From positions 3,682,944 through 3,746,943 of the forward strand of contig OZ316894.1 in NCBI GenBank assembly GCA_973895155.1: DNA of 64,000 nt, read 5' to 3'. The notes beneath the pieces are model-generated. The model made no database searches. It was not told where the DNA came from and worked only from the letters and a program-made list of their open reading frames with translations. Positions 1-11,899 of this stretch are shown one piece after another. Source of the DNA: Marsupella aquatica (Eukaryota; Plantae; Marchantiophyta). Within the stretch, counting starts at the first letter, position 1; the number at the start of each line of letters is the position of its first letter. The position numbers and the translations under genes were made by a program.

Positions 1-956
1 ATTTCATCCCTGCTTTTGTACTCTATACCTCAAAATTGACTTGCTTGACATCCTGGTTAATGAAGGCCTTCTAGCATGAAGTTTCACTGCCCGGTTTTGA
101 GTTTTAGCCCCATACAATCTTCGATACTCTAAGAAGCTCTATGAGCCTCTAGAATACCATCATTCAAGGAAATGTGTCAAATGAAACATTCTCTTCAGTT
201 CAAGAACAACAGCTTGTAAACATTATATTCTAAGTTCACTCTTATCCTGTCCGAGCAAATCTCTGTCCAAAGCAATTTCCTAATTTCTGCAGATCGCATT
301 TTCTGTACACAGGAATTTCAGATTTCGGTAAATAGCAAACTTCGTAATTCTTCTACATAACTATAGCAACACTGTCGAACATCAGCGATGCGGAATTCGG
401 GGTAGGGGTTTAGGGTTTAAGGTCAGAACGTGACAATTTCACAACTGCATCAATTTGTAGACGCCCACCTCTTAATGCATGCTTGTCCATTACCTGGAAT
501 AGGCAATTGGAGGACGCTCTGAAGTGCCGCAGAGCACCACGCCTCCATCCTGCCATTAATCTCCACCACCACCAAAACGAGCCTTCGCTCCTCTTAGATG
601 TCTACTCAAATCCTTCCTTCTCCTTGTTCGTCTGCTATTTGTCTTCCTTCTAAAGGAGAAGGATATTTGCATTCAGCCACAGTCACTTCAGCAACCATGA
701 ATTCACCACTGCAGACACGTTCATGCACTATTATACTAGTAACTTGGTTCGCTATCTTTGATAGCAATTTTTTTCTGGGAAAGCTGTGAACCTCACTGAA
801 AGTCAGTCATGAGAGTTGAACCCAAAAACTATCGGTTTCTACTCAAGTGAAGTGAGCTGTCACAAAGTCATGTCTCTCTAGGCTTGATAGCAAAAAATTA
901 AGTTTACTTTAGGCTTTCAAGGCAAAAAACATTTATTTGCTTAATTGAAAAACAAA

Positions 957-1350
957 CTTGCTTCCCAACACGTGAGTTAGCTATTGGAGTTTATTCCATA
1001 GCTCTACCTGACTTTTCAATAATAGGTTATATAATCTTGCTTCCAAACACCTGAGTTAGCTATTGGGGTTTATTCCATAGCTCTACCTGACTTTTCAATA
1101 ATAGGTTATATAATCTTGCTTCCAAACACATGAGTTAGCTATTGGGGTTTATTCCATACCTCTACTAAGCTTTTCAGTTGAGTAGTGCTTTAGTTCTTTT
1201 ATTGTTCTTGGGACTCATACTTGGCTCCAAGGCTTTTTGGCCCTTTGGTCTTCTGCATTTTTCCTTTGGTTTCTCCCTCTTATTGGGTAGCATGGTTTTG
1301 CCATGTGTGTCCCAGTTTGGTGCTTTTTCTATTCTTTTGTAATAATTAAA
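957..1350 (+). mobile_element. Decayed 3' end of the CRE-like retrotransposon family, including a 79-bp unit tandemly repeated ~2.6 times (957-1165)
   Basis: CTTGCTTCC(C/A)AACAC units start at 957, 1036 and 1115. Their GGTTTATTCCATAGCTCTACCTGACTTTTCA resembles the ORF end in the remnant at ~15675. 1270-1345 resembles the 3' UTR at 50490-50565. Confidence 0.6.
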
Positions 1351-2280
1351 TATCTAAGTCATAACTTGGTTTTTCATGTTTGATTGCAAAAACTTATGTT
1401 AACAATCTTCCAGATGTCTCTATATACATTTCCAGTATTTTGCTGGCATCTAGCCAAAACAAGTGTCTGCGGTCTATTCCAACAGAAAACACATTTCCCA
1501 GGGCATTTCACCTCATATAATTTTTTCAGATTGTCATGTCTGGAATTGAATATACTCTCCATTTCCTGAAATGACTCACATGTTCTTCCAGTCCACAAGT
1601 TTTGAACTGTCACTCCACTTGCCCTAGACGCTAGAAAAAATTATAATTTGTTTTTTTCATGAACTTAATCACAAATAGAATGAATGGGACAGCCTTTTAA
1701 CTATGGCCTAATGACAAGCACAAGTGATCTTTAATAATCTCTGAGCACAATTGACACATCAAACAATTAACAAAGAGGATTTGAAATGCAGCAACCCTTA
1801 AGGATGATCAGGTTCACCAGAAAATAATAATTTATCTATCTAAACACTATAATATGTAATATGGCTCTTTCTTTTCATGATCTATTTATTTATGACTTTC
1901 TATTTTAGTGCCATTGGATTAAGGTCAAATTTTTCATTAACCAGAAGATGAATGCCCTAAAGTGCCCTGAACCTTTAGGCAACTTGTCACTCTCCTCACA
2001 ACTTGCACTCCCCTTGAAATCCAATTGTAAGGCTGGCTCACCAACTCCTTGCAACTCCAACTGCCTGGCCGTCTCACTTATGCGCAACATCACTTGCTAT
2101 TAATGATACTCTGCAATGCATAGGCATGATGTTACTTTAGTTGTACATTTGACACCCCAAAAGGCCTACATTTACACAGAATACAATTTGTTTGATCCAT
2201 CAATGTTTACAAACAAATGCTTAGAAGATTCCTAGTAACAGTAAACAAATCATTGTATGAATGTTTAGAATATTCCTAAA

Positions 2281-2513
2281 CAGTTTCCCAAGGTTTCAAA
2301 GAAACTACCTAAAATTTCGTCACTAAGCCCTCGGTCTTCTGTCTTCCGCCCTAGCAACAGGCCCCCCTAGCCTGAATCTAATGGTCGTGCATAAATCTAG
2401 GGAGATCTGACGGTCAGAAAATAATCTACTAAAACTACATGAGTAATATTTCTAGCATCTTCTCCTTCACTCAAGGTGACATTCCCCACATTGGCGAAAA
2501 TGCAAAAAAACCG
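2281..2513 (+). mobile_element. Degenerate, internally deleted (MITE-like) relative of the 18486-20764 TIR element, in the RPN10 proximal promoter
   Basis: TAAATCTAGGGAGATCTGACGGTCA (25 bp) is identical at 2392-2416 and 18639-18663. AGCATCTTCTCCTT is shared (2454-2467 / 18692-18705). It is followed by CCACATTGGCGAAAA...AAAAAAA, resembling the element's right end. Termini are degenerate, so boundaries are approximate. Confidence 0.6.
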
Positions 2514-2662
2514 TAAAAATTCACGTACAAGCTTAGCAGAGGACGTTTCGGTCTTTTGGCAGGAAAACACGAGCAATCGAGATCGGCACTCAAGCAGCTT
2601 GAGAAGGAGTCGGGTTTGGTTTGTGTCCTAAAAGGGAGAGCTGTTTCCGTCATCTGTCGGAG

Positions 2663-2758
2663 TTTCTTCACCTCAAACAAAGAGCAGAGGAGAGCAGAGG
2701 AGGCGAAGCATTTCTTCACATCAAACAAGAGCAGAGGAGAGCAGAAGAGACGAAGCAC
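2663..2758 (+). repeat. ~48-bp tandem duplication in the RPN10 5' leader
   Basis: TTCTTCAC(C/A)TCAAACA(A)AGAGCAGAGGAGAGCAGA..GA..CGAAGCA occurs twice. Confidence 0.8.
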
Positions 2759-2785
2759 AGGAGAGCAGCAGAGCAATCAAGCAAT

Positions 2786-3440
2786 CGAGCACAATGGTGT
2801 TGGAGGTAAGCAAGCAGTTCGCCACAGCCGGGTGTGATTGATTCTCCGTCATTTCAAGTCACGGAGTTTTTGCACGCTTCGTGTGTTGAGATTTAGTCGT
2901 GAGGTGAATTAGGTTTTGGTTGATTGTTTTGGATTGCGTGAGCAAGGATAGTGGTCTCGGAGGAGAGCAAGTACCCTAAAGCCGGGTGTGATTGATTCTG
3001 TATCATCTCGGTCAAATAGTTCTCGCAAGCCTATTTGCTGGGAGTTAGTCGTGTGTGAATTGGGTTTGGAGATGGTTTTAAAATGTCTGAGCGAGCACAA
3101 TGGTCTCGGAGGCAGGCAAGTTGATAGTTCTGAAATGTCTGAGCAAGGACAATGGTCTCGAAGGGAAGCGGGTGCCCTAAATCCGGGGATGGTTGATTCT
3201 CCATCATCTGAAGTCCCGTAGTTGTTGCACGCTCGTTCTTTGAGAGTTAGTCGCCAGTGAATTGCGTTTTGGAGACAGTTCTGGAATGTCTGAGCGATGA
3301 CAATGGTCTTGGAGGTGAGAAAGTATAGTAGAACCGGTTTTGAGTGATTCCCCGCCGTCTGAAGTCATATTTTTCTTGCGCCCATGTTGGTTGAGGTTTT
3401 GTCGACAACGAGTTGTTTTTTGGGACAGTTTCGAGCAAGG
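2786..3440 (+). repeat. Degenerate ~150-bp tandem repeat (about 4 units plus a partial) covering RPN10 exon 1 and the start of intron 1
   Basis: GAGC..G/CA(C/T)A(A/G)TGGT(G/C)T(T/C)G(G/A)AGG ... CCGG...TGATTC ... TTAGTCG...GAATT recurs at ~2786, 2940, 3093 (partial), 3141 and 3292. Confidence 0.8.
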
Positions 3441-6400
3441 AGGCTACTGGTTTTCGTGTTTGCAAATTTCGGCGTGCTGGGCACTTTAGGGCAGACGACT
3501 GTAGTTGGCTGTGGCATTGTGTCCCAAACTTATTTTTGTTGCCGTTTAGAAAAGAGGCAGTGAAGCACGTAGGCTTTTGCCGGCAGGCAGAACGGCTCCT
3601 TGTGTTCACTAAACAATTACCTTATCGAAGAAGTTTGGCCTTCGGGCTGATTTGATCGTGTGAAAGTATTAGGTTTTTTTGACAGGCCGGGCATGGGTTG
3701 GGGATGCTTTTTCCTAGCATTTGGTGTCCATTTGAGATTTGTGTGATTTGCTTGAGATTAGGGTTCGTGTCCTTCCGTATACTTCTATGGGACGCTGTTT
3801 AGTGTTCTTGTTCATATGTTATCAATATTCTCGTTTTAACTCCAATTTTCCTCTCGTTGTCCCACTTGTTATTTTCTTGTTCGAAGCCTGAATGCACGAG
3901 GATTTCGAGGAAGTCAAAATTGTGCACCAATCTGTGTGGTTCGCTTGAATTTATGCGTTTCATAAGATGGAGCAGTTGCTATGAGTTGATTTAAATGAAG
4001 TTGTTCCGGGTACGCTCTGGAAGGGAAAGTTATGACAGACGTTCGTGTAGTCTGCGGTTGTGGGCCTGAATCCGAGTCTCTGTGTTCGCATTGCAGGCGA
4101 CAGTGATCTGCATTGACAATTCTGAATGGATGCGCAATGGAGACTATGCCCCTACTCGCTTTCAAGCTCAGGCAGATGCAGTCAATCTCATTTGTGGGGC
4201 CAAAACTCAGGTAGGTGGTCAAGAAATTGACATCCTTTGCTTCCAATAAAATGATCATTCTCTTCTTGTGAACATTTATCTTTCCCAGCTGTGCAGTGAA
4301 TGCCAGCTCGGAATGTGAGCAATGAAAGCAGAACTGCTTTTCTTCTCTGCCATTACTTAATTGCCTCCGGCTTGATCCAACAGAAGCTTGCTAGCTTAGC
4401 TTCCCGACGTCTTTTGCATTTCAGGTTATTGATTGTGACTTTAGGATCTCTCGCGTGGTCTGTTTTTCAGTCCAATCCCGAGAACACCGTTGGAGTGCTC
4501 ACTATGGCGGGCAAAGGCGTGCGAGTACTTGTGACACCAACCGCAGACCTTGGAAAAATTCTTTCTTGCATGCATGGTGAGTTGATGAATTTATCGTTCG
4601 TCGCCTTGGTTATGAATGGGACCTCGTCATGCGCAAGAAGTTAAAATACGTTGTTGGATTCTCTTTGTTCACCTCTGTGAATTTTAACTGCTGTAGACGG
4701 TCGTCAAGTATTTTGTTTATATCCTGCAGTACAAGCATTTTGAGACGTTAGTTGTGGCACGTTTGTGAGAACTTCAGGACTGGAAATTGGTGGAGAAATG
4801 GACTTGCAATCAGGTGTTCAAGTAGCTCAACTTGCCCTGAAGCATCGGCAAAATAAACACCAACGTCAGCGGATTGTCCTCTTCGCGGGAAGGTACGACA
4901 CTCATGCGCACCCCGTCTTGCTCTTTCGGAACTTTCACGGTGGACTTTATTGCAGGGTTTTAGACTTACTTGAAGGTTTTTCATCATTTTGACTCGCTTT
5001 GGGAATATTGTTTAGCCCAATTGATGCCGATAAAAAGGCATTGGAGACCATCGGTAAAAAATTGAAGAAAACGAATGTGGCCCTGGACATCGTAAGCTTT
5101 GGGGAAGAAGATGACGGCAAATCCGACAAGCTGGATGCGCTCCTTAATTCTGTAATCAGCAATGACAACAGTCACATTGTTCATGTCACTCCTCAGACAA
5201 TCCTCTCAGACGTCTTGATAAGGTGAATTGCTAACTCTATTTCCGATTAAGAGCTGCCTGGAATGCCGCACTCTGTTTGGTTTTCCATACCCGTTGAATT
5301 AGTAGATCCATTTTGACTCTCCTACCTCGTCGGCTTTCAGATGTTGGTAGTCTGACATTAATTTGCCATCTCGAATTGTCCCGTGGTTTTGCAGCTCGTC
5401 AATTTTCACTGGTGATGGAGAAGGAGGGAGTGGATTTGCAGCCGCTGCTGCCGCTGGTGCTGCTGCAGCCGCCGCTGCGGCTGCTGGTGGAGCGGGTGGA
5501 TTTGAGTTTGGGGTGGACCCAAATCTAGATCCAGAGCTGGCTCTTGCGCTCAGGGTTTCTATGGAGGAAGAACGAGCACGACAAGAGGCAGCTGCAAGAA
5601 GAGCAGGAGATGACTCTATAAAGTCTGTACCTGAGGGTGGGGAAGGATCAACACAAAATGCAGATGTTGCCATGACTGATGCCATTCCAGCCCCACAAGT
5701 TGTGCCTGTTACTGAAAAGGAAGGCGATTTCATGGTGACCTGTCAACTTCCTATGCCAATGCTGTTATAGCCTATAGAATTTTGCGATTCGACCTGACCC
5801 GACCAATCACTGAAACTGGTTATAACGTATTCGGACTGATACATGCGTATTGCTACGTGTGCAGGATGAGGAAACTGCTTTGCTAGAGCAGGCTTTGGCA
5901 ATGTCAATGGTCGATGATGCCGATGCTGGAGCCTCTGGTGGTGGAGATATTCCCATGGGCGATTCCATGCCCGAAGAGCTTGCCTTGGGTACGTTTGCTT
6001 TTACAGAATGTTTTGGGGGTGATTAGTGTGCTTCTGCAACAGTTTCGAACTTTCCACCTTTGTACTGTTACAAGCCAGAGGGATTAGTGTTATGAGAAAG
6101 AAGAGGTGTGTTGCCGATACGAGTTCCTCAAATTGTCTTTGTGAAGAATTAAATTTTTTGTGAAGCGATGGAAACTTTAAAATATTATTTGGTGGGGTTT
6201 GTGTTTGCAGCTCTTCAGATGTCCATGGCAGAAGCGGCAGAAGCAGAAGCAGCTGCTGCAGCCGCAGGTGTGTCTGCCACATCCACTGGAGCGGCAGGAG
6301 ATGCAGAGATGAGTAGAGTTCTTGGAGATCAAAGCTTTGTACATTCGGTTCTAGCTTCGGTATGTTTCTCATGGCTAATCTGTTTGAGATATTGGAATGG

Positions 6401-7127
6401 TATCATCGTGTCTTTTGGACGAAGTTGGGAGAAGACTATCACCAGTCCTATCTGAAAAGGGGGAGATACTTCCCCTTCTCATGGAGGTTGAAGGATGTCC
6501 TCATGTATTTGGAGACGTGAAAATAAAAACAAATATGTTTAGATAGCAGCTCAACCCATCTCTGTGTACTTGCCTATGAACGATGGTCCAGAAATACTTC
6601 AAGTTGGTTATGAAATGGCCTTGCAAGGTTTAAGTTCTCGACGTAGTCGATGAACACTTCTGCTGAACTATTTTGAGAGATGCCCTTCTAACGCGTCAAG
6701 GCTGGATTCGATATTGTTGTTATTCACGTGTTACGGCGATTTTCTTGTGTATGGTACGTTGCAGTTGCCTGGAGTCGATCCCAATGACCCTTCTGTACGG
6801 GAGCTGGTGGCTTCGTTTCAACACGAGGAGGTAGTTCTTTTGCCCATATTTTTAAGATTGCTGTTTATGGCAGTGGGTTAGATTTTTGTGATACTTTTGT
6901 TTGCCTATGCCCTTAAACCTGGCCACAAGTCTGTCAATTGAATTTTGAGGCACAGCCTAAGAACTATGTCCATCTTGTGCCATTTGAAATTATGCCCTGC
7001 AGAGTACTCAAAATCACCGCACTTGCAAGTATCTGGTCAATGTGGGTCGGATGATCTCTGTTAACGTGATTTTCCTTTACAGGAGCATGGAAAGGAGGAT
7101 AGCAAGAGCAAGGACACTGAAGGGTAG
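2794..7127 (+). CDS. RPN10: 26S proteasome non-ATPase regulatory subunit 4 (RPN10/S5a): vWA domain + UIMs, ~425 aa, 10 coding exons
   Basis: Exons 2794-2805, 4097-4210, 4471-4576, 4778-4892, 5016-5222, 5395-5734, 5865-5988, 6211-6359, 6765-6830, 7083-7127. All introns are GT-AG with consistent phases (1278 nt total). Translation [21 protein letters not shown]...SNPENTVG...ALKHRQNK...[29 protein letters not shown]...[10 protein letters not shown]...LALALQMSM...LPGVDPNDP is the RPN10 signature. Confidence 0.97.
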
Positions 7128-9969
7128 CCACCATTGTGTCGGTGGATGGAGTTCTAGAAATTTATTCGGGACAGGGCAATAAGTTGTTTTAAATCAATAG
7201 CAGGTCAATTGTAGACATTTTGTATATCAGTGGAAGGTTACTGACTGCTATATCCACTGTCTCACATTCATCCTGTGTGGGCCCTCTTGTGATATGCCTT
7301 TAAGAATAGGAAGTACTGTACTGTTGATATATCTGCTTGGCAGTGGGGTGGAATGTTTGCGGGTGTGCTGGACAATGCTGCAGATGAATCTGGTAGGCCA
7401 GTGTCGAGAGTTTCCCAAGCAGCAGTCAGCTTCTCATAGTGTGCAAAGTCCTCGGTACCCCTAATTCAGCGTAGGAAGTTTAGAAAGAAAACCTTCCCAG
7501 GCAAACGTACGATCACCGGACGGCTCTCTGCACTATAGCCGAGACTTTGCACCTTTCATGTAAATTACGTGATCTATGTGCTAATTGCAACAATGTGAAG
7601 CATCCCACTGGTTGATGGTGTGAAGGTATTCGTGAACAGCACAGGGGTGATTACTTGTCTTGGTACATGTGCATTATACTGATTGTTATAGGACCCGGCT
7701 TTACTGATGGCTAGCTCAAAACCTTAAGGTCGATACCTTGGGTATATCTTCGATTGATAACTCAAAGAGACACATATCGAGCTTTTCCTGGATATGCATA
7801 CGAAGCCCAAGCCCGACCAGATATAATCCAGCATGTGAGAATCGTTTCAATCTGAAAGCCAATTAGAATGGGACGCAGCCGATCACTCCCGTATATATGG
7901 AGCATCTTTGAATCTGGAAGCCTCAAGGAGAAGGTACATTTGCCATCAAATTTTCACCTTCTCCAGCGCCAAAGAAGGTGGTGAGAATGGAGCTGGCAGA
8001 GGCGAAAAAGCAACTTCTCACGGGATAAAGCGCCTTGCTAAGCAGTAAGTTTGTCCGAACTCTTCCAAGTTTAGTACTGGCGTCTTCCCAAAATCCACAA
8101 TCAATTATACCCTTCCCCAAGTGTAAGCTTGTAAGTAGTGTTCGGTACTACGTCCTCAGAATGCATAGGAGTTCTTAAGATCGCGTATTCACTGTTCACT
8201 TCGAACTGTTTGCAATCCTAATTATGGGGTTACTTCGCTTCGAAGCTTAGCAATCCTATGTTACTTGAGCCGTACGTGGCCAAGTACAGGAGCCAGGACT
8301 ACAGTGACGCTAGTCGATGGAGCGATAGTTTCACTGTTCTTCCGGGAATATAAGCTACGTAGGTTGCAGCAGGAATAGCAGCTGCTCAGGGCCAGGTAAA
8401 GCGACACTAAGCTCATGTGCACGGTGGAATACAGCAGCAGCTTTAGTAGGCTTAGCTGCTGCAGAAGCAGCGTTCTATATTCCAAACCTGTGCTCGAGGG
8501 TTTCTTCCAGCCTAGCCGACCAGTCAAGCGACGGGGAAAGTCAGGGAGAGAGCGCTCGGAGACCTGGCGGGTTGTGGGAAGCCTGGAAGTGTTGAAGGCG
8601 ATCGAATCTTTCGAGATCCGGAGCCTAGATTTCCTCCACTTCAGAACCTCCGCAGGCTGCAGCTCGAAGGACATACTATCCTGGCCCTTGAGTATTCTTC
8701 ATAACTGTGCAAAGCTGATGAGATTCTTCCTGAGTCAAACTCCATGCTCACATGCTAGAAAAACTAAAGTCAGAGGCAGATGTTCAAAAAAGTCGTTTGT
8801 CTTTAAAATCATAAATTGCTATGGGTATTAATAGTATACGCAGCTAGCAGTATTATTATACAATAAACCGAGTCCAAGGACGAAATCATGCCACAGTACT
8901 TTTCGATTGATTTCATCAGAGAGCCCAATCAGTGACAGAATTTGTCCGGAAGGGGAGTGAGCTGAGTTTGACCGAATGTAAGCTCGTTTCTCAAGCCTTA
9001 CTGCTCACAGTAGAAGTGATTTTGAGTGTGAGATTTCTCTAGTCAGTGTCTCAAAACTAATTAGATATCAAATTGGCCGTTAAGCTTTCCTTGTGGTGAG
9101 TCCATTTTCTCCTCTTATTGGGTTTCCTGCCTGTGGGATCATGTGCTAAGGGTCGGCGGTGTTCCGCGCGTTTTGCTCGTTGGAAGTGTTATATATAAAT
9201 TATATATACATGGGATTATAGATATGCAGTGTTGACTCATCAGAGTTAAACAGAAAAGTCGTCAATTGCACGTCATTCTTTTCTCAGCTCATCTCTATCT
9301 TGCCGTCCACCACCTCAACCACACTTATACTCTCACACGTTCCATCCAAGTTCCCCAACCGATCTTCCACTAGTGCTTGATCCTAGCTCTGACTGGCTAA
9401 GATGCTGGCAGAGGTTCTGGTAAAAGTGGATCCATCCAGTTCTGGTAAAAGTGGAACCATCCATGTTCAGTGTGTTCACGGTCTCAGATCCACACAACCA
9501 AATGTTGATTCACCTCATCGGGATTACTAGGGTGCATCTCCCTCTGTGAGCAGCAGCTGCCCCAGAGTCACACTGTCTATGCTGTTTAAAACCAAGTGGA
9601 TTCTTTCAAAGCAAGTGTTGATTCAGCTCATGGGGACAGAGCCAGATCACTGAATGACTATGCATTTCTGCAGAGAAACTTAATGATGCTTTCGGGTACT
9701 AGGTCTCGGAACTCCATGCCCATAATCGTCTCGTTCGAATGAATTCTGACATTATTGTGTGAAGCTGAGCACTGGCCCAAAGTCCAAAGGGGCAGGTTGA
9801 CAGAGAGCACCGAAGCGGCAGCCGTGAGTGTTTACTTCAGAAATACAAAATGACAAAATGTGAATGACTGAAGAGGCGCACTGCAAGAAATCCCACCGTC
9901 AGAGAAAGGCATGTACGAGATAGAGCCACTGTACAAACAACATGACCGTCCTACCTTAGTGCCATCTCG

Positions 9970-10111
9970 GTTAGCGCAAAAAACAATTCACTTTAAGGTT
10001 TTGCCAAGGACCCCAAAATCGAAGCCTTGTGAACCTCCATGTTAGCGGGAAAACAATTCATTCTAGGGTTCGCCAAGGACACCAAATTGAAGCCTTGGGT
10101 ACCTCCATGTT
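9970..10111 (+). repeat. ~71-bp tandem duplication
   Basis: GTTAGCG..AAAACAATTCA...GCCAAGGAC.CCAAA.T.GAAGCCTTG.G.ACCTCCATGTT occurs twice. Confidence 0.8.
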
Positions 10112-11899
10112 TGACAAAAGGCTCAGATATACTTTTGCACCTTGGATGGACAGCGCCAAAACCCTCTTTTTGTTCATTTAGTATACATTACACAGATGAG
10201 TGAGATGTGGCAAATAATGGGACCCGTCTTTGAGAATTTATAGGTCTCTTAATTTCCAATGAAAATTGGCTATGTTGAGCTCATTTAGAAAATCTTTCCA
10301 ATCAGTTTTAATGAGCCCAAGAAATCAAGATTCCATTGGACGTAGAGGGAGATACTAAATGTCCAAAGTTAGCTACTAAAAACTTTTGAATTGGAAAATG
10401 TGGACAGTGAGTGATGCAAAGATCTTTAGAAATTCCTAACTCTCTCGATTCTCCATGAAAAGTAAAGTTATTACATTGGTTGGAAAGTGATCAATGGCTA
10501 GGATTGCATCTCAGACATAGGCCTGAAGTTCTTGTAAAGTCTCCCCTTACACCAGAGCTGAAAGTAGAGTAGGGACTGCCTGGTCAGGGACTGAACTTAA
10601 GACCTGGTGGTCACAAGTCACCCCCAAATAGTAGATTATTGCAATTCTAGTAGACCAAGAGATTCCACACAGGCACATAGGGGGCCATACTTATTCTAGA
10701 ACAACCTAGAATCATGTTCAATTCTTCAAGAATATTCAACAATCTTGCAAAGCTGCTTTCAAACCCCAAGTGCTCAAAGAATATATGTCAAATCTAGCAA
10801 AGTTGCTTTTGGAAGCCTATGCTCTCATGAGGTTATGGTTTGTTCTCATTCAAAAATCTCGCCTCTTCACCTGCCATATAGTGTATATTCACCCATGAGA
10901 ATTGACACAAGGTCCTGATAGGAACCAATGCCCTCTAAGGGTCTGCATGCTTTCTGAGATTGAGTTGCCTTTCCTTGCCCCAATGGTAGGAGTGGCTTAT
11001 AATCCCAACATGTCCATAGCATAGGACACCACTTGCTTCTGTCATATATGTCATTTGCATGCCATGGAACTCGAGGAGCAGAGATCACAACAGACATGAA
11101 CAGTATAATAAATGGGGGTACCATTACTACGCATGAGGTCAAATATTCCCCCCACAAAAAGAAGAAAAAAGCCATTTTAGATTTCTTGCCCTTCTTGGGT
11201 TTGGTACCAATTATGTATGTTCGTGGATTTGGGAGCTTGGTCTTTGTGAGTGTAGCATGAGACCCACATGTAGTCTCACTCTACACTCACATGTAGTCTG
11301 TTGTGAGGTTAATAAACTAAGTTTTTCTGTTCCAAAAGAAATTTTTCAAAATTCCTTTGCCTTTGCAATGCTTGTTAAAAAAAGCATTTTTAATCACCAA
11401 AAGGTTGAATAAAAATGAAACCCAAAAGATCAACAAAGCATTTCCACTCACAATTATTAAACAATGAATGTATAGAGTACACTCTAAAAGTTGCAATCAT
11501 GTTGTTTTTGTTAGTCTCGCCCACATAAGTGCATTTCATTCATTGTGAAAGGGGCTCATAGAAATAATGAAGAAGATCCACGCACCAAAGCTTCATAAGC
11601 AATGTACACAAATTGACTTATAATACCCGCATCTGTGCGCACACCTAAAGTATGTCCTTACCAGCTAAGTGCTGGCCTTGCCATCATCATGGATTTGGTG
11701 CTCCATGCACAGAAAGGGCTCCCTGTACCAAGACACCCCCCTGCCAATGCTACTCACAAACAAAGTCTAAATATCAATTTTTTCTGTTATCAGAGAAATG
11801 ACAACCTATGGCTTCACTGTACAATAGGTCATGAAATGTAGACTTATTGTCTTATTACAATATGGATTACCAATAAGGAGCTGCCCATACATTGAGCTG

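Noticed and set aside
494-556. Minus-strand ATG-initiated 21-codon exon-like block (MAGWRRGALRHFRASSNCLFQ|gtaatg) resembling a transit peptide
   Set aside because: No in-frame downstream exon could be found within 1-490, so it is unsupported.
2471-3655. Several 60-120-aa ORFs on both strands
   Set aside because: They fall in the RPN10 leader and intron-1 repeats and show no coding signature.
5299-5733. 144-aa minus-strand Ala/Pro-rich ORF
   Set aside because: Antisense shadow of RPN10 exon 6.
8261-8831. Overlapping 137-aa and 138-aa ORFs on opposite strands
   Set aside because: No recognisable domain, and they could not be spliced consistently to neighbouring blocks.
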